Origin: Deltaproteobacteria bacterium
GTDB lineage: Bacteria > JAGRBM01 > JAHCIT01
NCBI GenBank assembly: GCA_026129095.1
Contig: JAHCIT010000002.1
Coordinates: 512,530-560,773, forward strand
Length of the DNA: 48,244 nt
Direction: 5' to 3'
Position numbers and translations under genes: made by a program
Notes under the pieces: generated by a model
Databases searched by the model: none
What the model saw: the letters and a program-made list of their open reading frames with translations, nothing else
Told to the model about the DNA's origin: nothing
In this document: piece by piece, positions 28,048 to 37,721 of the stretch
How positions within the stretch are numbered: position 1 is the first letter of the stretch
Layout of the letters: each line of letters begins with the position of its first letter

Positions 28048-30573
28048 TTATACAACTTCTACCACACGGGTTCCGGCTCGACGGTCATGTGCGGTCTCGC
28101 TTCCACCTATAATGAGAGGCAGCGCGCCCCAGCAGATGATTAGATTGAACGGCCAGAGCCAGAAATAGCGCCGGATAACAAGTGCGGGTGAGGCATCGGC
28201 GCCATCGCGGGAGACAATCTTCAGTTTCATCAGCATGTCGCCGGGGGTCTGGCCAACCAGCGTGACAAGACCGACATAGAAAATCCCTTCGATCAGTGTT
28301 TTCAGGATCAGGAGCACCCACCAGGTCCGGGCAATCCATTCTCCTGGGTTGTGAAGAACAGAAAACTCGGCTCCCGTGAACCAATCGGCGGCGACGACAA
28401 ACATTGCGAGAGCCACAAGCGTGATGACTGTATCTATGAGATAGGCAATCGAGCGCTTGATAAGCAGCTTACGGGGAAGCGTTAGCCGGGGTTTGAGATT
28501 GGAAAGCGAACCGAGTGACGGCAGACGGTCTTTCAACCGGGAACGGGCGGCCATCGCGGGATAATTGTCCAGCTTTCCTGTCAGACCAATACCGGGAGGC
28601 GTATCGAGCCGGATACCGATGCCAGTCCCGGTGCCCAGAATATCGGCTGATTCGAGCTGTGACTCGGGCGTTATTTCCTGATTCCCGCTCTGTCCCAGTT
28701 TGAAGCTGATCTGGTCGAATCGGGAATGATCGGGTGAACGGGCGCTGACAAGGGTTTTTCCGGTTACACTGGAGCCGGGTTCATCGGCCTGTGAAAAATC
28801 GAGTCCCATGGCGTCAGGGAATCTGCCATCGTTGAAGGGAACGATCGGTTCCGGATTCGGGACTACCGGGGCATCAAACTTCTGCGACATATCGTCCATT
28901 TCGGAAAATATCTGCTCAATCCTTTTTTCAGGGGGTGTCCACGAGGGCAGACTGACGCTGTTGCTAAGGTTTGTGGGAAGCTCCTCCGGTTGCGCGTAAT
29001 ACACGGCCTGAGGCCCGCTGGAATCGGGAGGAGCTAGAGCGGGTTCCGCGTGCCGGATACTTGCTGCCGGCTGGATCTCGCTGGGGTGTGAATCCACTGG
29101 TGGCGTAAAGATGTTATTATTACCGCTAGAACGCTCTGTACCTGGCTGCTCAACACGGGCCTCAGGCCACTCATCGTTTTCTCGATTATCATCAACTACA
29201 CCCAGCCGCAGGATTTCTGGCAGCGGCCGGTCGATATCAGCCGTCGTGATGGGGAGGCTGTCACCGGTCAGGAATGAATGATCTGCAACTGGCTCGGAAG
29301 CGACTTGTACGGCCAAATCGTTGCTGATGTCCTCGATATTGTCTTCGGAATCATTTGTGTTGGTTGTGCAGGTTTCAGTGACCGCAGGGATAGCACCAGA
29401 TTCTGATACCGCCTTGGGAATTACTTGCTCCGTGCAGGCTCCTGCATCTGGTGGTGTTCTTTCCGGCTCAACAGTGTTGACGATCCGGGTGAAAGTATCC
29501 TCGGCATCTGAGCGATCCAGGTAGACAGTACCGGCCAGCATGGGGCTGGATTGGTCGAAAACGTACTCGGACGGATCGTTCTCCACGACGGCTTCAAGCT
29601 GTGATGACGGGAAAGCTTCAGGTGAAGCAGCCGGGAAGAGACGAGGCAGCCGCTCGCCGGACAGTGGCTTGGGTCTTGGGAGTGCGACTTTGAGCGGCTC
29701 GATCTTTGGTGTCTTTAACTCTGGCCGTGCCAGTTCCGGAACCGCAATTACCGGTGCCGGTTTTGGAAGCGCAATGGGAGCTGGAGCTTCGCGAGCTGGT
29801 GCCGGATGAAAACTGGTCTCACCGACATCAGAGGACAACAGTTTTTCGCTGGATTCTGTCTCGACTGGAGCTACCGTTAAGAGTGGCTCAGATGTCGCAG
29901 GACTGTATTTCGTTGAAATGGAACCTGCATCGTAGCCTCGCGCCACAATTTCCGCATTCTTTTGGCCGCTGGCGATCTGTTCTGGCAGGGGGGCAGGTGC
30001 ACGGAGATCCACCCCTGCCAGTTCCGGTTCGGGGCGTGCGAAACGGGAAAACGACAGCTCATCAAGCGGCACTTCCGGGCGAATCTCCTGCTGAAAAGCC
30101 AGGGCCGTTTCCGGGGTCGCCCTGGCCGTGACGGGAGGATTATCCAGAGTAGGTGGAGAATTAAATTCCGCTGACACTACAGCGGACGGCATCTCTGCGC
30201 TGGCTGCAGTGGCCGCCGACATATCCGGAGGTACCACTTCAGTAGTCGCAGACTCTACTGACATTGTGGGAGCAGTTTCCTTTTGTCGCCGTCGGCGTGG
30301 ACGAACAGTAGCATCGGTTTTTGCCGGTAAAGATCCGGGTTCGATGGCTTCCATAGCGGCGGAGGGAATTGCCTCAACGTCCACTACAGCTGCTGGCGGA
30401 GAAGATGAATCTTCGGACACTGCCTGAGGTATGATTTCGGCAGCCGGTGTTTCAGGAATCAGGGAAGGGACTACAGCTGGGGCTGTTTCCGGCGCTATTC
30501 CAAGGGCCGAGCCACACTTCGGGCAGGTATCAAGGGATTTAAAATAGAGGTAACTGCAAGCAGGGCATCGCAC
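28048..30573 (-). CDS. RDD-domain membrane protein with N-terminal Zn ribbon and very long low-complexity linker
   Basis: CPAC...CPKC at the N-terminus; C-terminal 'KRSIAYLID...GQTPG..LMKLKIV..DG...HDRRAGTRVV'; GTG 30573 with GGAG RBS. Confidence 0.85.
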   Translation of the reverse strand: MRCPACSYLYFKSLDTCPKCGSALGIAPETAPAVVPSLIPETPAAEIIPQAVSEDSSSPPAAVVDVEAIPSAAMEAIEPGSLPAKTDATVRPRRRRQKETAPTMSVESATTEVVPPDMSAATAASAEMPSAVVSAEFNSPPTLDNPPVTARATPETALAFQQEIRPEVPLDELSFSRFARPEPELAGVDLRAPAPLPEQIASGQKNAEIVARGYDAGSISTKYSPATSEPLLTVAPVETESSEKLLSSDVGETSFHPAPAREAPAPIALPKPAPVIAVPELARPELKTPKIEPLKVALPRPKPLSGERLPRLFPAASPEAFPSSQLEAVVENDPSEYVFDQSSPMLAGTVYLDRSDAEDTFTRIVNTVEPERTPPDAGACTEQVIPKAVSESGAIPAVTETCTTNTNDSEDNIEDISNDLAVQVASEPVADHSFLTGDSLPITTADIDRPLPEILRLGVVDDNRENDEWPEARVEQPGTERSSGNNNIFTPPVDSHPSEIQPAASIRHAEPALAPPDSSGPQAVYYAQPEELPTNLSNSVSLPSWTPPEKRIEQIFSEMDDMSQKFDAPVVPNPEPIVPFNDGRFPDAMGLDFSQADEPGSSVTGKTLVSARSPDHSRFDQISFKLGQSGNQEITPESQLESADILGTGTGIGIRLDTPPGIGLTGKLDNYPAMAARSRLKDRLPSLGSLSNLKPRLTLPRKLLIKRSIAYLIDTVITLVALAMFVVAADWFTGAEFSVLHNPGEWIARTWWVLLILKTLIEGIFYVGLVTLVGQTPGDMLMKLKIVSRDGADASPALVIRRYFWLWPFNLIICWGALPLIIGGSETAHDRRAGTRVVEVV

Positions 30574-30725
30574 AGGGCCGGACTCCAGCTTTTTCCTGCG
30601 GTGGCGTTCATAAAAAAGCCAAGCAGGAGCCCTCAACTTGCTACGCGAACATTGTTACCAGAAGCTCCTAAAATGTCCAGAAAATTCACGGATTTCAGAT
30701 GGTTACATAAGTCTGGGAAAAGCTG

Positions 30726-31415
30726 TCAGGAAAGTATTACTGCCGCTGCTGAAACAGCAGCCGTTTCTGCCCGAAGTGTGGAGGGTACGAGATGGGCAAG
30801 CTGGTAGCCTGTCCTGCGAAACCGCTCCAGTTCCCCTGGCGACCATCCACCTTCGGGGCCGACCATGAGGGAGAGTTCGGAATCCAGTATCAAGCCAGAC
30901 AGCGGGACTGAATTCCCGCGCCCGGGAATTTCAAGAATGATGGGGTGCATATCCAGTATGTCGTCGAGGGTCTTGGCTTCCAGCCAGACCGGAATTGTCA
31001 CCCGTCCTGACTGCTCGACGGCCCGGATCATTACCCGGCGAATCCGTTCGGCGCTCCGCGGATGTGCGTTCGTCCGGTCGGCACGGAATACACCAATTCG
31101 CTCCGCACCCAGCTCGGTCAGCTTTTCTGCAGCCCAGTCAAAGCGCGCCGGTTCGATGGCTGGTATCCAGACAGTGAGCTTCTTCCGTGGCACTGGAGGT
31201 GCCGGAAGTTCGGTGGAAGGGTCGGGTGTCACGGTAAATCGGCGTGCATTCCGGTCTATGCGACAGGCGCAGCGATATCCGCTTTCATTGAAGCATTCGA
31301 CAACTTCACCTGCCTCAAGGCGAACAGCTGCCAGATGAGAGGCGAGCTCGCCCGTTATGATGGTGCCATCCGCTGATGGTGGTGGAACTTCCGGTGGCCA
31401 GTAAAAGCGATGCAT
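30726..31415 (-). CDS. rsmE: 16S rRNA m3U1498 methyltransferase
   Basis: 'MHRFY', 'EKLTELG', 'AVEQSGR', 'VGPEGGWS', 'LRAETA'. Confidence 0.93.
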   Translation of the reverse strand: MHRFYWPPEVPPPSADGTIITGELASHLAAVRLEAGEVVECFNESGYRCACRIDRNARRFTVTPDPSTELPAPPVPRKKLTVWIPAIEPARFDWAAEKLTELGAERIGVFRADRTNAHPRSAERIRRVMIRAVEQSGRVTIPVWLEAKTLDDILDMHPIILEIPGRGNSVPLSGLILDSELSLMVGPEGGWSPGELERFRRTGYQLAHLVPSTLRAETAAVSAAAVILS

Positions 31416-31549
31416 CGTCCGGGAGTGTCTCCCGGTTTAAAGGAAAAGAAAACCGGACTTTCGTCGGAATGATCAACTGCCAGGCAGAGGTTTGCCCTTT
31501 TACCCGGTCAGCCGTTAGGGTTTTGCTGAAAGGCGGGGAGCCTTCCGGG

Positions 31550-32596
31550 ATGAATGCCATCTGGGAGGCCCACGACCCGGGCGACCACATGAAAATTTTT
31601 GAAGGACGATTCGATCTCGAGGGGATTGAGCGGATCCAGACCCCGCTTCCGTTTCCCCCTATGCATATCAACAGCTATCTGATCCTGGGTCGTGAACCTA
31701 TCCTTATCGATACGGGCATGCGGACCGAACCGGCATGGAAGGCCCTGAACGACAACCTTGCCCTCTATGGCCTCAAGGTTGAGGATATACGGCACCTTCT
31801 CATCACTCATGGCCATATTGACCATTACGGACAGGGACGGCGTATCCAGCAGGCATCTGGTTGCCGGGTTTATGCACACGAACTGGAGCGTTACCACATG
31901 GAGGAGCATTTTTACTCCAAGGTAAGGCCCGATAGTCCCTATCTGGAATTTTTCCGGGAATGGGGTGTGCCAGCAGACCTGATCGAAAAGGCATTCAGTG
32001 CACAGCGGGTAGAAGGAGTGGTCAGGGAGGATCTCAAGGTTGATCATCCCTGGAAGGACGGCGACCTTCTGAAGTTCAGTGATGTGGAACTGAGATGCGT
32101 ATGGGTGCCGGGACACGCTGTTGGCCACACGGTACTGATTGAAGAGCGCCGGGGCGTGATGTTTTCGGCCGACCATCTGCTGCCGGACATTTCTCCGGTA
32201 CCGCTGCTCAACTTCATCGATCCGGACAAGAAGGAAAAAACCCGGTCGCTCGTCGACTATGTGAAATCGCTCTACAAGGTGAGAAATCTCGCCGTCACGG
32301 TGGCACTTCCCTCACATGGAGAACCGATACCTGACATCCGGGCACTGATCGACAGCTACGCACTCCACCGGAACCGGCGATATCTCAAGATACGGAACAT
32401 CATCGAAGAGCATGGACCGATGACAGCCTATCAGGTGTCCGAGCATGTGTTTGATCCGAACCGGGCACGAATGCTGATGCATCTCACCATGAGCGAGACG
32501 ATCGGTTTTCTTGAGTTGATGGATGCCGACGGGCTTCTGCGGATTGAAAAACGGGATGGGCTTCTGTACTATTCGATCGCACCGGATACGGACTGA
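31550..32596 (+). CDS. MBL-fold metallo-hydrolase with C-terminal winged helix
   Basis: 'LIDTG', 'THGHIDHYG' (HxHxDH), 'PGH', 'SADH', 'PSHG'; start inferred from GGAG RBS. Confidence 0.88.
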   Translation: MNAIWEAHDPGDHMKIFEGRFDLEGIERIQTPLPFPPMHINSYLILGREPILIDTGMRTEPAWKALNDNLALYGLKVEDIRHLLITHGHIDHYGQGRRIQQASGCRVYAHELERYHMEEHFYSKVRPDSPYLEFFREWGVPADLIEKAFSAQRVEGVVREDLKVDHPWKDGDLLKFSDVELRCVWVPGHAVGHTVLIEERRGVMFSADHLLPDISPVPLLNFIDPDKKEKTRSLVDYVKSLYKVRNLAVTVALPSHGEPIPDIRALIDSYALHRNRRYLKIRNIIEEHGPMTAYQVSEHVFDPNRARMLMHLTMSETIGFLELMDADGLLRIEKRDGLLYYSIAPDTD

Positions 32597-32623
32597 TTTC
32601 AGGGAAAAGACAGGTGTCAGCTC

Positions 32624-32845
32624 ATGCGGATTGCCAAAATCAGGGAACTCGAAGGTGCCAGTCCGGTTTCATACGAGGATGCAGCAGCGCAGGTGATTCG
32701 GCGTGCTTCAAAGACCGTTACCGGCATTACCGGCTTCCAGGTGCTCAAGAAGCTTGCGGTGGTCGAAAAGGGAAAGATCGTCGAATACCGGGTTCGCATG
32801 GGACTTATTTTTGAACTGGCACCGAATCTTGAATCGCACTGGTAG
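32624..32845 (+). CDS. Dodecin family protein 1
   Basis: 'K..EL.G.S..S.EDA...I.RASKT....F.V......V..GKI.EYRV.....F.L' pattern; 73 aa. Confidence 0.8.
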   Translation: MRIAKIRELEGASPVSYEDAAAQVIRRASKTVTGITGFQVLKKLAVVEKGKIVEYRVRMGLIFELAPNLESHW

Positions 32846-32876
32846 TTTGCAGCGGAATCTTGAAGGGACACAGTAA

Positions 32877-33089
32877 ATGGCCATCTCCAGCGTGACAGAA
32901 GTGATCGGTGCCAGTTCGAAGGGCTGGCAGGATGCAAGCGAAAAGGCACTTGAGCGGGCGAACCAGACTCTGCGCAATATAGTTGGGTTTGAGGTCGTTT
33001 CTGAGAAAGCCAAGGTCGAAAACGGCAAGATCCGTGAATACCGCGTTCAGCTCAAGATCACATTCATTCTTGAAGACAAGAAGAAGTAG
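32877..33089 (+). CDS. Dodecin family protein 2
   Basis: 'EVIGASSKGWQDA...ALERANQTLRNI.GFEV...KVENGKIREYRVQLKITFIL'; 70 aa. Confidence 0.88.
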   Translation: MAISSVTEVIGASSKGWQDASEKALERANQTLRNIVGFEVVSEKAKVENGKIREYRVQLKITFILEDKKK

Positions 33090-33154
33090 ATAATTCGCTC
33101 CGTGTGCTTAAGGACCATCCCCTGCCGTTCTATGATACGGCGGGGAGGATGCAT

Positions 33155-34015
33155 ATGGCCCGGCTGGAAAAACAGGTTGTCCTCATCACGGGGTGCTCAA
33201 GCGGAATTGGCAGGGCGCTGGCTCTTGAGTTTCATGCGCACGGACACCGGGTATTTGCTACTGCCCGCAAGCTGACATCCCTGACGGAACTTGAGACAGC
33301 CGGAATGGAAATCCGGCAACTGGATGTGACAAATTCTCAATCCATACGCTCTGCGGTCAACTCTGTCGTGCAGGAAACCGGCCGGCTCGATATAGTGGTA
33401 AACAATGCGGGGATACTCGTCGTGGGGCCGCTGGCTGAAATTTCCATTGATGATTTCCGGGCCGAATTCGAGACCAACGTTACGGGTGCGCTTGCTGTTG
33501 TCCAGGCTGCTGTAGTGCATATGCACCGCCAGGGTGGAGGACGCATAGTGAACGTTGGCAGCGTATCGGCCGAGCTGGCAACGCCATTTTCAGGCGCGTA
33601 CTGTGCGAGCAAAGCGGCGCTGCATACATTAACGGATGTTTTGCGAATCGAACTGGAACCATTTGGAATAGAGACCATTCTGGTTGCTCCCGGAGCGGTG
33701 AAATCATCAATCGATACGGGCGCTCGGCGCTATGCGGAAAAATATCGTTCAGCAGAATCGATTTATCATCCGGTGTCGAAACAGATCGAACGGCGCGCCG
33801 GGGCTTCGCAGGAGCGTCCAATGACGGCCGAAGCATTCGCCCGCAGATTTGTGCAGATGGTAACGGCGGCAAAAGCTCCACGCATGGTTCGTATTGGGCG
33901 TGAAGCGTGGATATTCCCCGTTGTGAAGGCAGGTCTTCCTGCCGGCACCAGGGACCGGTTGCTGTCACGGGCATTCGGACTGGGGAAACTCAAAGGGCAG
34001 GTTCCCCGGCGGTGA
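33155..34015 (+). CDS. Short-chain dehydrogenase/reductase (17beta-HSD/Ayr1-like)
   Basis: 'TGCSSGIG', 'NNAG', 'YCASK'; GGGGAGG RBS before ATG 33155. Confidence 0.92.
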   Translation: MARLEKQVVLITGCSSGIGRALALEFHAHGHRVFATARKLTSLTELETAGMEIRQLDVTNSQSIRSAVNSVVQETGRLDIVVNNAGILVVGPLAEISIDDFRAEFETNVTGALAVVQAAVVHMHRQGGGRIVNVGSVSAELATPFSGAYCASKAALHTLTDVLRIELEPFGIETILVAPGAVKSSIDTGARRYAEKYRSAESIYHPVSKQIERRAGASQERPMTAEAFARRFVQMVTAAKAPRMVRIGREAWIFPVVKAGLPAGTRDRLLSRAFGLGKLKGQVPRR

Positions 34016-34833
34016 ATCCGGAAGGTGGAAGACTCGGCAGCAGCCCGCCGGTGATCCGGCTGGTCAATGTCACTAAACGATTCGGCCGCAAGGCGGCGCT
34101 GGACAAGGTTTCGCTGGAGCTGGGAGCGGGCGAAGTGGTTGGCGTTTTGGGGCCGAATGGTGCCGGCAAAAGCACTCTGCTCAAGCTTGTGACAGGAATT
34201 TATGCTCCTTTGGAGGGCAAGATCGAGATTTTTGGCCTCGATCGGTACCGTGACGGAAAAAAAATCCGTCAGAGGGTTTCCTATGTTCCGGACAATCCTT
34301 ACCTGCCACCACAATTCTCCCCGCGCCAGTGGATTGATCTGGTGGGACGTATTTACCGGGTAGCCTCAGAAATCCGCCTTAAGCGGCTGGACGAGCTGCT
34401 GGATCTTTTCTCCCTGAAGGAGGTTGCCGACAAACCGCTCCAGGCCGTGTCAAATGGCCAGTACAAAAAGACGGCCCTGGCCGGGGGCTTCATGAGTGGT
34501 TGTGAGCTGCTCGTATTCGATGAGCCATTTACAGGGGAGATTGACCCGCCCGCTCAGCTCGCGTTCAAGGAGCTTGTTCGTTCCTGGAACGGGTTTCCGG
34601 GCCACCTTGTGCTTCTGACTACCCAGATTGTCGATCAGGCTGAAAAGCTTTGTGACCGGATTCTGCTCATTCACGATGGGCATATAGTTGCTGGCGATCT
34701 TACAGCTTCGTTCCGTGAGCGTTTCGGCGGCCGCAGCCTGGAAGAAATCCTCCTCGATTTTTCCGGAGTTACGGTGAAACCGGAAGATTTTGTCCAGAAT
34801 GTGTTTGGAGTGCTGCCGAAGGGAGAGGCCTGA
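34012..34833 (+). CDS. ABC transporter ATP-binding protein (ABC-2/CcmA-like)
   Basis: Walker A 'GPNGAGKS'; signature 'VSNGQ'; Walker B 'LLVFDEP'; GTGA overlap with the SDR stop. Confidence 0.9.
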   Translation: MNPEGGRLGSSPPVIRLVNVTKRFGRKAALDKVSLELGAGEVVGVLGPNGAGKSTLLKLVTGIYAPLEGKIEIFGLDRYRDGKKIRQRVSYVPDNPYLPPQFSPRQWIDLVGRIYRVASEIRLKRLDELLDLFSLKEVADKPLQAVSNGQYKKTALAGGFMSGCELLVFDEPFTGEIDPPAQLAFKELVRSWNGFPGHLVLLTTQIVDQAEKLCDRILLIHDGHIVAGDLTASFRERFGGRSLEEILLDFSGVTVKPEDFVQNVFGVLPKGEA

Positions 34834-34835
34834 GT

Positions 34836-36650
34836 GTGCTGACCGGTATTGGCTTGCCAAAAACCGGACCGGCAATGCCGCTGGATCTCGCCGGCTTTCC
34901 CGGCCGTCCATTACAGGGCAGCGAAGGGCTCGTCGCCGGAGGAGGCTTGCTCCTGTCGGCCGTGCTGGGTTCGTCACTGGGACGAATGACTGCCGCGACG
35001 GAACTGGGATGGTTGCCATTTCTAGTACTGCTCGCCGCCGTGCTGCCGATGTTTCCCTATATTGTTGCCCTTTTGGGTTTGCGGCTCCGGACAGGTCCAT
35101 TTGCACGGGACACAGTTGCTCTTCCGTTGGCGCCCGAAGAGCGCTGGCGGATTCTCGGTCTGGGACCGATTCCGTGGTTCGGCATTGGCCCGCTCGTGCT
35201 CGTATTTGGAGCCTCTTTCGTGTTGTCGGCTGCAGCAGCGAGCGGTGGTGAAGTGGCCCGGTTTGCAGTAGCGGTTTTTTTGGGTCTCTGCGGGGCAGTG
35301 GTCTTGGAGAGCATGATCGTAATTGGACTTTTGCTGCCGGTGCGAGTTCTAGCACTGGCTGTACCGGCGGGAACGGTATTCCTGTTCGTACTGCCAATGG
35401 CATTTTACTTGCTGGCGCTGACCGGAAAACTCGCGGGGCTCGTTCAAGACCGGGAGCGGCTGTTTCCGGTGATTGCCTGGGCAGAAGATCTTTACCGGAT
35501 GCCCTGGTTTTCACTGGTGGTGGCGGTTTGCCTTTACGTAATTATCCGGCAGTTTCGTACGGTCCTGATAGAATTCCGTCTCACATCGGAGCGCATGGCC
35601 CGGGAAAACGAGTATCTGACAGGAGATTCGTTTCTGGCCGTTATGGGGCGAATGGTGTCGGCGCGTAGTTCCGGTGATGCCGCTCCAGTAGATATGTGGA
35701 GGCGACTGCTGGGACGAAAGGAGGTTTCCCTTTCGGAGCCTGCCTATGATGTGCTGGGAACAAGGGGAGAGTTCATTCATGCCCAGATAGAACTGCTTAC
35801 GTTTCAGCGGATGTCCCGGAATGTCATTTTCCAGATGACCTGGCGTCCTGTTCTAGCCCTGCTGCCGGCAGTGCTTATTCTGGTATTCATTGGCTTGACG
35901 CAAGGGTGGAATGCCGCCGGCGGCGCTGCAGTTTATGTCCTGCCGCTTTTGGGTGGCCTGTCGGTGGGTGGAGCGGTTGCCACGGCGTTCCTGAGCGGTG
36001 ATCTCTATGGCGGCCGGATTGGCGGGCTCCAGTCGGCTATGTCGGGCCGGGGAGATCCGCGCCTCATGCCTTGGGCCTGGATGCCGGGAGTTGCGGATCG
36101 TCTTTACCGGCCGCTGGCTGGATATGTAATACGAATTGCCCGTTATGCTGTGCCAAGTGGAACAGCACTGGCATCGCTGCTGGCAGTTGCTGTGATGACT
36201 GCCTCCGGATCGGATTCTGCTTGGCTTCTGGCGGCGGCTGCTACGTTTGGAGCCCTCGGTGCACTGCTGGCGATGTTCTCGTTCATGCTCCGGACACCGC
36301 TCCGCACAATGTTTTTTTACCGCTTTTCGGACCGGGACGAAGGCGTCTCGGCAGTTTTCCGGTCATTCACCATCATGGTGACAGTCTTGCTTTTTATTCT
36401 GCTTTTGGCGGCGATCGGACTTGCCGCCGTCTATGGGATGGCCGTTTTTTTCGGATCGGGACTGATCGGAGTGATAATTCTTTTGTATCTGCTAGTGCCG
36501 CTGCTTTTATTGGTAGCGGCAGGAGTACTGAACCTGTATGTGGCTGTTGAACGGAGCCGTTATCGGGCTGGCCAGAGAGACATTGAAGGGCGGCCGCCTT
36601 TTTGGGGACTATTATCCGGTTCGGCAGCCATTCGTTCGGCAAGGCGTTAG
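34836..36650 (+). CDS. Multi-pass membrane protein, probable ABC exporter permease
   Basis: 604 aa with two clusters of hydrophobic helices; starts 2 nt after the ATPase stop. Confidence 0.7.
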   Translation: MLTGIGLPKTGPAMPLDLAGFPGRPLQGSEGLVAGGGLLLSAVLGSSLGRMTAATELGWLPFLVLLAAVLPMFPYIVALLGLRLRTGPFARDTVALPLAPEERWRILGLGPIPWFGIGPLVLVFGASFVLSAAAASGGEVARFAVAVFLGLCGAVVLESMIVIGLLLPVRVLALAVPAGTVFLFVLPMAFYLLALTGKLAGLVQDRERLFPVIAWAEDLYRMPWFSLVVAVCLYVIIRQFRTVLIEFRLTSERMARENEYLTGDSFLAVMGRMVSARSSGDAAPVDMWRRLLGRKEVSLSEPAYDVLGTRGEFIHAQIELLTFQRMSRNVIFQMTWRPVLALLPAVLILVFIGLTQGWNAAGGAAVYVLPLLGGLSVGGAVATAFLSGDLYGGRIGGLQSAMSGRGDPRLMPWAWMPGVADRLYRPLAGYVIRIARYAVPSGTALASLLAVAVMTASGSDSAWLLAAAATFGALGALLAMFSFMLRTPLRTMFFYRFSDRDEGVSAVFRSFTIMVTVLLFILLLAAIGLAAVYGMAVFFGSGLIGVIILLYLLVPLLLLVAAGVLNLYVAVERSRYRAGQRDIEGRPPFWGLLSGSAAIRSARR

Positions 36651-36658
36651 GCCATGTT

Positions 36659-37627
36659 TTATTTTCCAGGACAAACTGCGAAACGCCTGATTCGGCGGGC
36701 CAGTTTTTCTGCGTCTTCTTCCAGCCGCTTTTCCGTTGAGCTGATCTTGTCAGTATAAAGAATACGGCGGGTATTTGTGTCGATGATTGTCGTATTGATA
36801 ATGAACGTTCCTGACAGCCGGGAAACACTACCTCGGACCAGTGTATCGACCTGAGCACTTCGGGCCAGTTCCACCTGGCAGGCCTCGGTCGCACAGCTAT
36901 CCTTCACATTAAGCTGACGGGCGGCGTCTTCAAGTATCTCCGGTCCGACTATTCTCACGCAGGCAGCATGCTGAATTTCAGTCGTGAAGCGGCGGAAGAT
37001 GGCCTCAAGCTCTTTATCACTCGCATCTCCCTGACCGGAAAATGGATACACCGATAGACTGGCCCGGCCATCAGAAGGCGGCAGGTTGGCAACTGTCCGG
37101 AACACCTGCTTTTTGGCCGGATCGGGCGGTCGCTTCTTCAGTTCGAGGCTGTCGGCGAATGCCGACAGGTTTGCTGATCGTGTGTAGGCGTTCACGAGCC
37201 GGGCAGAAACATAGTCCGCCATCCGGATGCTGAGACAGGCCTCCAGCCATATGCCTTCCTGGATTCGGATTTCATCCACTGCCTGCTGCTTGTCAGATAA
37301 CTGGAGAATCAATGTTGAATCAACGCAGTTGAGCACCACTTTGGAAATCAGATCATGATACTGCGAGGCATCGCGAACGACGGTGTAACCGGCCCGCTGC
37401 ATCTTCGCCCGGAACGTGTCTTCCCAGACTCCGGAAATGCTGTCCCTGGCGCGGAGGTTGGTAAACTCCACTGAGCCATCGGGGATGAGGATCACGACCT
37501 CATATATGGATGAATTGAAAGGGCGCACCAGTTCTGGAGAGGCTGGAAGGCGTCCGGCACAGGCGACCAATAATGCCAGGCAGCTAGGCAGCAGTAGGCA
37601 GCGCAATGATATGGGAAACACTCTCAT
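36659..37627 (-). CDS. Lipoprotein with CsgG/TolB-N-like domain(s)
   Basis: Lipobox 'LVAC'; C-terminal 'SVYPF...C.TEAC.VELAR..VDTLVRGSVSRL..TFII...IID' pattern. Confidence 0.6.
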   Translation of the reverse strand: MRVFPISLRCLLLPSCLALLVACAGRLPASPELVRPFNSSIYEVVILIPDGSVEFTNLRARDSISGVWEDTFRAKMQRAGYTVVRDASQYHDLISKVVLNCVDSTLILQLSDKQQAVDEIRIQEGIWLEACLSIRMADYVSARLVNAYTRSANLSAFADSLELKKRPPDPAKKQVFRTVANLPPSDGRASLSVYPFSGQGDASDKELEAIFRRFTTEIQHAACVRIVGPEILEDAARQLNVKDSCATEACQVELARSAQVDTLVRGSVSRLSGTFIINTTIIDTNTRRILYTDKISSTEKRLEEDAEKLARRIRRFAVCPGK

Positions 37628-37675
37628 AGGGCACTGTTTAGGAAGGCAGACACATTGAGTCAACGCTAAAACAGC

Positions 37676-37701
37676 CAGGGGCGGCTTCCTTGCCGCCCCT
37701 G
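37676..37701 (-). terminator. Intrinsic terminator after the ACAD operon
   Basis: CAGGGGCGGC-TTCCTT-GCCGCCCCTG perfect 10-bp stem; short U-tract on the minus strand. Confidence 0.65.
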
Positions 37702-37721
37702 ACCTGAAATTGGAAATATGC

